A stretch of 64,000 nt of DNA from Eledone cirrhosa (lineage: Eukaryota): contig OZ024748.1 of assembly GCA_964016885.1 (NCBI GenBank), positions 30,318,001-30,382,000 on the forward strand, given 5' to 3'. The notes below the pieces were generated by a model, which ran no database searches, was not told where the DNA came from, and saw nothing but the letters and a program-made list of their open reading frames with translations. Positions within the stretch are counted from its first letter, which is position 1, and each line of letters begins with the position of its first letter. The translations under genes were made by a program, and so were the position numbers. This document shows, in pieces, positions 28,443-41,300 of this stretch.

Positions 28443-29003
28443 CCCTTTAGCATTCACATTAATTTGTCAAATGTCATTAATTTTAAATACGTTGTTTTCA
28501 GCATAATACTTGATATATGGATCCTTATATTAGTGTTCCAGTAATTCCACAGTTTTGGAAATTGTTTTATACCGAACATATTTACGGTAAAAAATGCTTG
28601 CATTTCCGCAGCATCTGTCGGTCGCCAAACAGATCGGGTTTTCCTCGATTTGAAATCTGTTGTTGGGCATATCAACTAATCTCTTCTGCCACAACTTCGA
28701 AGAAAGTTTGTGGTAAAAACAAAAAGAAATAATCCAATGCTTTAGCATCGGGAGCTAATGTGTGTTGTGGACCTGTATTTTGAATAAAATCGGGAACATA
28801 TATTAGTGTGATATTTTTCAATGGCATCCTGGAGGTCTCCTTCGTTTTCACTTTCAAACAACAATCATCGTCGGATGAAATTTCAGAAATGTAAACATCG
28901 CGGTAAGGGCCTAATCTCGAATTGAGATTTTGATGACAGTATTATTTATTTTTAGAACGATATTTTAGTGTGGGTGTGATCGAGCGATTTGAACACTAAA
29001 GGG
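28443..29003 (-). mobile_element. Internally deleted piggyBac element
   Basis: TTAA-CCCTTTAG...CTAAAGGG-TTAA; minus-strand PGBD remnants ALDYFFLF..FE.+AEE, WRPTDAAEMQAF, GIKQFP...NYW. Confidence 0.85.
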
Positions 29004-29439
29004 TTAAAGGATGCACAGATCAGACTGGAGCAACAAGAAGAAATAATTGAAAGAGAGAGGAGATAATATGCAACTAGACTAATGTTGGGTATATTTAAGG
29101 CAGGCTAGGATGAACGGTAAGAATATTTGGAAGAACTAAGGCTCGGGCAAGAAAGGTCCCAGAAGAACATGATTGGCTTAGGCAACAGAATAGAATGCAT
29201 AATGAGTATCATAGGAGAAATTGCCCAGCAATGTGGAAGAATTTTGTATTGGTGATATGAATGTTTTGTGGAGCCTTGACATTTTGGCAAATATACCCCG
29301 AGACTGAGAAATCTCTTTGGAGGGTGCCAGAAAGCAGTTGCACTTCACAGGAACAACTGGATTTTATTTCACTTCATTTGGTGTTAGGCTGGTTGAGGCC
29401 TGTTTTACATTCGATTTTCAAAGTCAAACATCTAAATAC

Positions 29440-31633
29440 CACACCTGTACCCTGCAGAGAATACACCACAGTATGGCCAGCTATATATTATCAACATGAA
29501 TGAAGCTTTGCAGCATAGATTAGAAGCACCACAAAATAATCACTGATAAGTGAGGTGTTGCATGAATGTAATCCATATGTTGAAGTATACAATGCATTCC
29601 ATCAAACAAGGAGCATGAGAAAATCATCCCGTACAGAACTGAACTAGGATTTACAAGAGGGTCAGATATGGGATGCTACAATTTATCAACTAGCAATGAA
29701 ATAGCTGTTGTTTTTGTGGAGATAGATGGTGCACCACCTGTACACATATTGTCATCTACCCTAAAGACCATCCTCCTCAGAAAGTACGATATTTTTCCTG
29801 CCACTTAGAACCCATTGTTTCCACATGGTAAATTTAGGTGGCATGCAGAGGAACATAGGACACACTTCTGCAATAGACTGACAATGCAGAAGTATTATAG
29901 AGGAGGATTTAGTGTGATACATAGGGCAGGCAAATATTTCAGTATTTAGTGGATGTCTATGTGAAAGTAAAGGGATGCTGGCTCCAGTACTTGAACAATT
30001 GCGAGTGGATGAGTACTATGGATTATCTAAACAGGAGTAGATGATAACACTAACCCTGGGGTGCCAGTTATTTTGCCCTGGCAGCTCAAGTAATATGCGT
30101 CAGTACTTTCAGATATTTTTAAGACTCGGCTTTCTGAAATGATGAAAGCTATCAAAGCAGGACACATTCTTGGTGTGCCAGTGGCTCATGTTCGTGTCAT
30201 TAAGTTCCAAAGACTTTCTCATTGCCATATGTTGGTCATCTTAAGAAACAAGACGACAGGATTGTGTTAGCAGAAATACTTGCATTGGAAGACTCCGTAC
30301 TATATGAGCAGGTTAAAAAGTTTATGATCCATGGGCCTTGTGGTTGATCATTTTCTTCCTCTTGCATGAAAAAAAATGGATTTTTTAAAATGGACTAGCC
30401 AAAAACCTACAAAGAGGAAACATTGAACCTAAATGTATATCAAGAATACAGGAACCACAGTGCAAATTGGGTGACATTCAGTAGATAACAGGAACGTTGT
30501 GCTGTTTAATGCCTTTTAGCTTAAGAAATATTGCTGAAGTTTGCTTTCACCAAAACAATGCTCAGGTCGTGGTAGAAATGCAGGGATACTGAGACACTAC
30601 TTCACTGCTTGGTTGAAGCTAAATGCAAGCAAATACCTATTTTCAGAACACTTCAATGAAATCAACAGAAAATGGACACCAAGAAGAAGAATAATAACAT
30701 TAGTAGAATGTACATAGTCAGCCCCAGAGTTGACAAAATTTTATTTAAGAATATTACTAGTTCACATGCCAGACGCTATGAGTTTTGAAGAACTATGAAC
30801 AATGGGGGGGAGAAAGATTTCCAACCTTCAAAGAGGCATGCTTGCGACTTGGTCTTATTGAATATGATGTCTATTTAAGCCAAGCTGGTATACACACATG
30901 CCAACATAACTTTGTATATCTCGCATTTCTTTCAACATTTTAGATTAAACAATATCAGAGTAAGAGAGTTTGTGAAGTGGCTACTACATCTTGGTAGTGG
31001 AACAACACAATTGAAGGACTGAATGTGAATGAAGATAATGTTGAAGTGCCTCCAACCATCATCTTCGTTTAACGTCCATCTTCCACACTAACATGGGTTA
31101 GATCATGTGTAAATGACTAGTGATACAACACAAGAAAAGAACGCAAGTGGTTTTATCTCCCAAGAATGCTGATTGCCTAGTAATGAAGAAGTTCTCAGAC
31201 AACTCCCTGGTAACAGCCATACTTACTACAGTACAGATAGTGCTCGCTGATGAGCCTACAGTGGCGGACAGATATTCTACTGAATTTCTATTAAGACTGT
31301 TGTATGCTATGACAATCAACAAGAGCCATGGCCAAATAATAAAATGAGTATGCAGACAGCCAGATGTAAAAAGTATTGAACACTGATAAACTAGGGAGGC
31401 GAGGTAATAAATTTATGATATATATCAAGATAATTCTGAGCCCAGTTACAATGGAATTGAAACTAATCATAAAAATAAAATGATTTTGTATATTCTCTAT
31501 ATCATGTATTAAGTATTGTATATTTATGTATCATTTATTACACAGGCAACAATAAAATTTAAATGCAAATCATCCTTTCTTAAATAGCTCTTTTTAATTT
31601 TTTTGCCCATGGAATTTCCATGTGTCCCACTAG
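29440..31633 (+). mobile_element. Degenerate Helitron (Rep-helicase) with intact 3' end
   Basis: VRVIKFQR.SHCHMLVIL (RCR motif 2), MIHGPCG, YAMTINKSHGQ; 3' hairpin cccatggaa/ttccatg followed by CTAG|T at 31630-31634. Confidence 0.85.
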
Positions 31634-32319
31634 TATATATATATATATTTGGAGCTGATGTGGACTCTGTAAACTGTAGTGACGGCAACCCATCAAGGAG
31701 AGTAGATACTCTGAATAAAAACTGATATAGGGTGGAAAAGACGCAAGACAACCTCTCTAGTGCTGGCATGAACAATGCACCCAGTCTACACTGTAAATTA
31801 ATAGGAAGGGCATCTAACCAGTTCTAAACTATGCATGCAAAGTACTGGTTTGAAAGATTTAGTTTGTGTTGTATTGACGGTAATTATTTTAGGTCTTAGA
31901 ATGTTTTGTAAAATGCACTACAAAGTTGCTTTTCGTGCAAACTTAATATGTTCTCAAGAAAAATTTGCAGATCTGGTTTCATTAGATGTCTGAGAAGCAC
32001 TGGCTGGGTTGTTACGAAATTTTAGAGAAAAACTTAGGCAACTAATGGCTGGTTGGATATGCATGTAATATATAAGAAAGTCACATGATTTTGTTTAATT
32101 GCATTTATTTTCATATAAGTCAAATAAGAGAGATTTGCTTACTCAGTGGAGTAGAGCTCATCAAATCAAACTGTTTCCATTGTTGATATTTATTTTCATA
32201 ATTATGAATAATATTTAAGCATTTGTGTGTATATGTGTATACCAATTTTTTTAGTCCATGCTGTTTCTATCACAGTAACTGGTGTTGAATTGTGACAATC
32301 AGACGTATTTCTCTTGACG

Positions 32320-35300
32320 TCATGGGTTACACAGATAGACACGAACCTGTCAATAAAGAAATAGAATTTTTATTTTTAATGAAGGTGATATGGCTTTTAT
32401 GACCTACCAGACAATTCCTTTTGATAAATCACTACTGGTTCTACAAGACAAAACCTTGGTAACGTTTGCTGTCAATGTAGAGACAAAAACTAGAGTCTTG
32501 AGCATTCTGTCTGATGCTTTAGTAGTTTTACCGATTCTCTGCCATTTTGATGATTAATATGCAGTAGATCAACTGGAATCTGACTCTGGGATTAACATTT
32601 AACGTGTTGAGTATTCCATGGCTGTATGTGACCATAAGATGTGGCCTCATAGGAGGCCAGCTAAACTTACTTAGATGTGAACTATAAATTATTTTTAATA
32701 GTGTATTAGTGATATTATATGTTGGTAGTAGTAATTTTAATAATGGTGGTGTGTTAATGATAATGAACAACAGAAATAAATGCTGAAAACTTACCTCTTT
32801 TATTAAACCAGTGAAACTTGGGTGATTACCACACTTACCGACCACAAGGCCACTTGGTCTAGATTCAATATCACCTGGCAGCAATACACAGAAACATAAA
32901 TAGTTACACATAAAAATGTTTAAAATAAATGGTATTCTTTATTGGTTTCAGTCATCATACTACTTGTGTCAATCCTAATACATATTTCATCTCTTTAAAC
33001 CACAAAGTTGTAAACACATGTATGACTGACTTGCAGTCTCTATATACCAAATTTTACTCACAAAGCATTTGCTGACCTGAGACTATTGTAAAATACACTT
33101 TTGCCCAAGGTTTCACACATCGGGATTGAACCCTTAACCATAGAACCATGAATGCACCATTTTATATTGTAATCTTTGCAATATACTGCAAAAACTACAA
33201 TATAAAATTATCTAAATGATTGCAAGACAGATTTTAAGGGAAAAGAGACACAGAAGTAGATCACAAGCAATGTAGTTAACATCCATAACCTTGGTCTTGC
33301 TTGGGGATCCAGCCAGATAATTTGGAGATGGTTACTTCCTATGGAAGATGTGTCTAAGAAATGTCCCTATGACTATCTCAGGAATAGATGGGCGATGGTG
33401 AAGTCTTTGCAGTATCTGATACCCCTACTATCACTCTCTCTCTATCTCCTTCCAGGCTACTTATTAACATCTAGCGTCTTTTATTTATCAATCCTTACAG
33501 AACACACACTCTCTTACCTCTCAATCACTCTATTATGTCCATCAAACTCTCACCCACTCAATCTGGTCCTCCACTCATCACATCAATACATACATGAAAT
33601 ATAATGGAAACAACTAACCATGCATTATGACTCTGTCTGATGCCCTATGTCCCAGTTGTACTTGAAACACTTCACCATTATAGTTGAGAGAGGCTTCTTG
33701 CCATTGGTTGGGCTGGTGAGGATAAATGACATTGTCACAATGGATACTGTCTTAACAACACTAAGAATAATGACATTGTCACAATAACACTGATGATAAT
33801 GGTGTAATATAACAACACTAACTAAATAAAACCATAACAAAACATTGCAGTATAGTATTAAACTTTTTGTTTTGTCACCTTCAAATAATTTTGAAAAATA
33901 ATCAAAATTAACTTTCTCATTATAAAGCTGGTGTTTGGAATATTGCAAATAGAGACTGTGTCCGAGCTATAGCTTAACAATGGTTCTTACATTAAATTAT
34001 GATGGAAGATTTTTAGTTAAATATTTTAGAAGAAGAGGCAGATTGGTATTAAAAACTTTGTTCAGTGGCTGGAACAATTTGACAGGAATTAACTTAACAT
34101 GGTCAGACATGTAATTTAACCCTTTAGCATTCACATTACTCTATATATACTATTATATGTTCATGGTAAAGGCTTTACCTCACATAATATCGAATCTGAG
34201 ATTTTGAGGACAATACCTAAACATCAGTTTGAGCAACCAGTTTCAATGGAAAGAGGTAGAAAATTCTGGCCGGTTTAACATTAAAGGGTTAAATCAAAGA
34301 CACCGGGTGTAGGATCATTTGGTTGATATTTACAGACAGCATAATACTACTTAACTTTGTTGGATGTTGTACGACATGTACTAGATAGGTTTACTGCACA
34401 GCAGGAATAAAAGTCATTGTTGCAAAGACTAAAACATTCATTCTCTCAAGAAAACCTTCACAGTGCATTCTGCATGTGAGTAGAGTTACACTGAAGCAAG
34501 TCAAGTTCAGGTACTTTGGGGCTGTTTTCACGAGTGATGATGGGCAGGAGGTTGAATTAAATGTAAACATTGCGGGTGGATGTAATAATAATGCAGTAGC
34601 TTCAGCAGAAGGACGATAGGTGTTAAAACCAAACTTACTATCTGTAATTCAGTGTTCATAATGACCAAAAGAATACAAGCAGCAAAAATGGGGTTTTTTG
34701 TGACTCTGAAATAACATTATTTGATAAGGAGCTAGTCCAGAGATCAGGTAGAGCCATTCTCCACATTGAGAGATCACAGCTCCAATACTATAAACATGTC
34801 TATATACTATAGAATGTCTAAGGAAAGAATTGCTGGGCAAAGCCAACCAGCAGGAGACCCAAAGGTAGACTACAAGCAAGATGGTTACATAACATCCGTA
34901 AGCTTTGTTGGTTTCTCTTGGGGTTTCAGCAAGATCATTTGGAAATGATTGTTTCTGATAGGTGTAGCTGAGGACTCTGTTTTCATGACCCTCTCAGGAA
35001 TAAGTGTGTGTGTGCGGGGGGAAGATGAAGACTTTACCGTATATTTCAAACGTAGGATTTTTGGTTCTGATTTATTTGTATCCATCAACATCATCACTTC
35101 ACTAGTTCTCCGGTTAAGAGCCACAGCAACTGAACTTGTCTTCTTATGGTCTGATAGGTAACAGTTTGATATTAAATACTCTATTTGGTTTGTATGGCTG
35201 CCAGTATCTTTAAAATTGATGTGAATTGTTAACTTGTTGCCAATATAAGCACCAGAGAAACGCCAGAATATGATATGGCTCTGATTGTTAAAAACACCAA

Positions 35301-38300
35301 CTCCTTGTTGAGGAATGACGCCAGAGACAGTGAGAGGAAGACCATTCCTTGAGTTATCCATGATTTTACCGTTAAAGTCCAGCAAAAGTTCCGGTACGCA
35401 TTCTAAAGGAAAACAACATTATTGTATTTAAACCTTTTATGACCCATATTTCTAACAAGATTATATTGCCACATGTTTCTTAGACAAATGCAGTCGATGC
35501 TAGAGATAGAACCAGTGATGAATGTTGTGAAGGGAAATGGAATGAGATAGCTGGGTCATGTGTTGAGGAAGGATGAAAGTGATTCGGGGATAAAAATGAG
35601 TTAGTGGTGAATGTTGTGAAGTGAAATGGAATGAGATAGCTGGGTTATGTGTTGAGGAAGGATGAAGTTAATTTGGTGGGAGGAATAGAGTCAGTGATGA
35701 ATGTTGTGAAGTAAGATAGATGGGTCATGTGCTGGGGCAGGATGAAATTAATTTGGTGGAAGGAATAGAGCCAATGATGAATGTTGTGAAGGGAAATGGG
35801 ATGAGATGACTGGGTCATGTGTTGAGGAAGGATGAAAGTGATTGGGTGATAGGACTGAGTCAGTGATGAATGTTGTGAAGTGAGATAGATGGGTTATGTA
35901 TTGGAGAAGGATGAAGTTAATTTGGTGAGAGATATGAGTTAGTGATAAATTTTGTGAAATGATATGGTTATGTAAAGAAACCACTGATAATGCATGAATG
36001 TCAAACTTAGTACATATGTATACACACACAAACAAATATATTTACAGGTGCATGGTCTAGTTGGATTTATGATCATAATGTGGGTTCAATTTCTGGACTG
36101 GGATGTGTGTTTTCTTCAGCAAAACACTTCATTTCACGTTGCTCCCAGCACACTCAGCTGAAAATGAATACCAGATTAGTTGGAGGGGGGGGGGGGGGGG
36201 GGTAATCCTGCAGTGAACTGGCATCCTGTCCAGGGAGGACTCATGTACACTTGGGTGTTTAATGCCAAGGTAACCGGTAGAAGCACCAGCCTAATGAGCC
36301 TCAGCTTCTAACAGACTTTTATATATATATATATAAGAGAGAGAGAAAGATAAGTATAATCTCGACTGCCGTGCCAAGTGGCTTGCATGTTCAATTAGCC
36401 TTTTTAAGGGTGTAGGAAGTTTTACAGGGTGTGTAAAAATGGGTCATACATACTGCAAACAATTCTACACTCTTGAAAAGGCTTGCTGAACACAAGCCAA
36501 AACTGCTTGGCACCGCAGTTGGGATTATACATATCTCTATATCCACTCTGCATCTCTCCATGCATCGAGTACTCCCATGATTTGTGGTTTTCTCAATCTC
36601 AGCACTGTAGATTCTCTCTCTCTCTATATGTATATATATATATATATATATAGTAGTAGTAGTAGTAGTAATAAATACAAAGACCAAAATCCAGAGAGAC
36701 TCAATAAGGGTTGTATATATAAATATTATATATATATAAACCTGTAGAGCAAATATTTATTATTAGCAAAGATTAAAAGATTAAGCAAAACAGTTTCTGC
36801 TTTCATCCTAAAGCACAATCTTCTGAAACTAAGAAATATTAATCCGTGGATGCAGAGGTAAATATTTAAAAAAAAATTATGACCAAATATATATCTGCTC
36901 ACTACATACTTTACACTTCTTCAAAAACGAAACTGAAACATCTGACTTACTGGTAACTTCAATAAAGCCAATTACACATCGACACAAGGTGTGATTATAT
37001 ATGGTCCCTACAGAACACGGACGTGGTCGCATCCCATGACCAGGAACAAACTCTAGGTAGTAGCGTCTGTCCTCTATAAATGGTTTCAGCTGACACTCTG
37101 TTGAATACAGAAGAGAATGTTTTGTTGTCATATTCTATCAGTTTCAGAAGTATATTGAAGTTACAGTGGTATGGTATAGTGGTGGTGGTGGTGGTGGGGT
37201 AAATGTAGTAGATTTCTCATTAATTTCCTTTTTTCACTGACTTTAAACATTATGTGAACATCTGCTGGGCAACTGATTTCTACTATACTGTGTGGGGGGA
37301 GATTGTGTTGGTATGAAGGATGACAGCTGTATAAAAAGGTGCAGAGCTCCAAGTTGATGGTAACCTTGGAGTGGGCAGGTCTAGGAAGACTTGGGATGGA
37401 GTAATAAAAGCTGACCTTGCACAATTACACCTCGCTAAGGCGATGACACAGGACTGTGTTCTCTGGTGCTATACAGTATTACTGATACTGAGGCATATAT
37501 CTAGTAGGCAACACCTTCCCCTATCCTCTCCTTTCCCATACACCTCTCTTGCTGTAACCATCCCATCCCTATACTTATGTCCCCAAATCCACAGACCTCT
37601 TCCCCACCCATCCAAGTCCCCAACTCTTGCCATGAAATTGACCCCTGGAGCCTCGACATTAAGTGCCCAGCTCTCACTATAAAGAGGTTGTGTAGGTATC
37701 ATGACAAAAGCGCCCAGTCCACTCTGTAAAGTGGTCGTGTAGGTGTCACTACAATAAACACCCACCACACACTGTAAATGTGGTTGGCATTAGGAAGGGC
37801 ATCCAACTGTAGAAATTAGGCCAAAATCAGTTCCATGTATAGGAATCAAGGTCCCCTGACCTGATCTCTCACAAAGGGACTGCTCATCCTACCCATGCTA
37901 GCGTGGAACATAGATGTTAAACGATGATGATGTGTGAGTAACAGAGAAAGTGTGTGTATTTGAGTAGGAGACTGTATGTCTGTGTGGGCATGTGATTGAG
38001 TGTGTGTGTGAGAGAGCTTGTATGTGTGTCTTACCTTTGTTTTTTATTGTCTTTTCCACTGCAGTGTAATTAGGGATTCTGGAACATTCATTGACACAGG
38101 TGAGATCAGGAAGACAACCACTGCCTTCAATATAAGCTTCACCCTCACCACAGCAACCGGCAACTGATCGGCCCTTCTCACATCTCCAATATGCTGCACA
38201 GCTGTCTAAATAGGGGTACGACTCCAGCGATCCATCTGTGCATGGCTCTAATTTATATGGAATTACATAGATGCAACATAGATACACTTAGCTTTAGATA

Positions 38301-41300
38301 CAATGTAAAGCCTATATAGGCTAATACTATTAATTTGAACAACAGTCACAATGATCACATGACCTGCTAGAAATAACAACGAAACTTCTCTTAATTCACA
38401 CCCTACTCTCTTAAAACAAAAGAACACATTGATCAATATTTACAAAAACAAAATGAGATAGTCATGGCCGGAATATCTTTTACTATAGGTCTACTTGATG
38501 AAGGCTAACATGGGGCTAAATTACTACTACTACTATTACTATAGGTCTATTTGAAGAAGGCCAACATGGCCAAATTACTACTACTACTACTATAACTCTA
38601 CTTGATGAAGGCCAATATGGGGATAAATTACTACTACAACTACTACCCATACCACCACCATCACTACTATTACTACTACCCGCACCACCACTACTACTAT
38701 TACTACAACCCACACCACCACCACTACTACAATTACTACTACCCACACCACCATTACTACTATTACTACTACCTGCATCACCACTACTACTATTACTGCA
38801 ACCCACACCACCACCACTGCTACTACCCGCACCACCACTATGACTACTACTACTCACACCACCACCACTACTGACAGATACTAAATCCCCTATCATAATA
38901 TAATAGCCTGACTTACCCGCATCACAGTCAACTTCCGAGGATCTCCCACAAACATTATATTTTGTATCCCAGAAAAGTCCAAAAGCACATTTCCTGGCAT
39001 AGGCCCTCACACCTCCTCCAACTTCCTGGAAACACTCTATGTACTGGTTACAGTTGTATTCATCCCGGACAAAACAAAAACTCTCCACAAACACACACTG
39101 CTGGCAATTGTCTAAAAATAAATACAACAACATAAAAAAAAAGAATGGACCTTAGTCAGTTTCGATGATGAGTGTTTCAGTTGTTGAACAAGTGGCTGAG
39201 TATTCCACACACATGTGTACCTTTAACATGATTCTCAGCTGGAATGGATCTTTGTCAGACTAGACAAATAGATGTTCCAGTTGTTTGATTGATGGAACAG
39301 CCTGCTCACGACATGCAAGTGGCTGAGCATTCCTCAGACACATGTATTCTTAACGAGGTGGAATAGACCCCTGTCGGTTTAGTAATGAGTATTCCAGTCA
39401 ATGGAAATTGATGTGTAAGTGGCTGAGCATTCCACAGACATGTACCCTTTTATGTAATTCTCAGGGAGATTCAGTATAATGATGTACGACTAAGCTGGCC
39501 ATTTGAATTGCAAGTACAGTCCATTCGTTGGATTTCCAAACAGTTTCTCTCAACCCAATTTACCTCACAAAGAATGAGTTAACCCAAGGTTATAGTAGAT
39601 AACATTTACCCAAGTGTGTGAGAGAGAGTGTATGTGTGAGTGTGTGATTGTAATGAATATAATGTTCTCTTACCTGATGAAACCGGATATACAGATGGGG
39701 TATATGCTGGAGTGTTGTAATATTCTGGTCTTTCTGTGGCCCTAACAATTTCACTATATCTGTATTTCCTACTTTCATATATTCCTCTATCCGCATTCAA
39801 CATAACTGTAGGGTTTTTTTCACTTGCTCTTGTCACTTCATTTTCACCTTGCCTTGTTGGAAATAATGGAATATATACAGTAGTATGTTTAGCATTTCTG
39901 TAATCATTCTCAAGAGTATTGCTCATTGTCATTGTTGTTGCTGTTGATGTTGTTGTCACATTCATGTTTTCTCCTGGGATGAAATGTTGTTGTTTTATTG
40001 GTTTATCCAAAGGTAGATGGGGAGGCTCTTGAAATATTATTTCCTTCTTTGTTTCTGTGTTGATATCAGATGGAAAATTACGGTTTCTATCATCAAATGA
40101 TATCTGTCTATTTATTTGTAACTTATATTCTTGTCCAAATGGACCAACATTTGGTAATTGTCTATTTGGATTAATCACAGAATTGGCAATCATGTTATTT
40201 TTAGAATCATCAATATTTCTACCCACTGATTCTTTTGTTTTTCCCTCTTTAAATTCACCCGTTGTATAACTAGTGTTCCCTCCTATGTCATTATTGGGAA
40301 GTCTTCCTAAAATACTAGGGTTTGATTGTTTAGGGTTAAAATGGAAACTATTCTCTTGGTTTGGTAATTGGGTTTTTTCAGTGGATAACTCTATAACCCC
40401 ATCTCTTGTTTGTGTCAGATCTTGTCTCTTTCTAGAGTTAACCACCTCTGGAACATTCTGATCAAACTGAAAACCTTCATTTTTGTTCTCATGAAAGTTG
40501 AGTTCCACCAAATTTCTTGACTCTGGTAAATGAAATAAACTAAACAATAACTGTCTTAGAGTGATCCCTAAATATAAAAATAAATCATCAATTCAATTCT
40601 TTTATTCTTTTACTGGTTTCAGACTGTATCCATACCGGGGTATTACCTTGAAGAGATTTGTGTAACAAAGCTGGCTCATTTGATTTACGGGTACAATCAC
40701 AGGCTTCCACATGACACTGGCCAAATTACATAAGAACCTTTGTTAAGCTATGTTCCAAACACCAGCTTCATATGCAATGTTTTTCATTAGAAAAATGGTA
40801 ATGAAAGGTTAAAACTGTTTATATTTCTCTAAAAACTGCCTTTTGTGCCACGATAAAAAACAAGTGTTAACATTTATCTAAAAAACTTTCATTATAATCT
40901 GTAATGGCGGTGGATTGGCAGTATCGGTAGAGGGTCGGACGCCATGCTTTCCAGCATAGTTACGTCCCTTTACGATCTGAGTTCAAATCCCGCCGAGGTT
41001 GACTTTGCCTTTCATCCTTACGGGGTCGATAAAATAAAGTACCAGTAATGCACTGGGTAATTGCTGGCCTTGTGCCTAAAGTAGAAACAATTATAATCTG
41101 TAATTTTAATGTAATTAACTTTGTTAAGTTATGTTCCAAACAAGCAACTTAGTAATAAAACTGTAGGTACAAGGCCAACAATTTTTTGGTGGGGTGGAAA
41201 GTTGATTATATTTATCCCAATATTTTACTGTAATGGGATTTGAACTTCGGATGTAAAGAACGGGACAAATACTGCAAAGCATTTGTCCAATACTCTAATG

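Noticed and set aside
35515-35960. Regularly spaced repeats resembling a CRISPR array
   Set aside because: Whole units are homologous (no unique spacers), the context is a eukaryotic intron, and there are no cas genes.
38516-38874. His/Tyr-rich, Val-rich and Gly/Ser-rich ORFs
   Set aside because: Translations of an intronic (TAC/CAC) microsatellite; the real exon ends at the GT donor at 38916.
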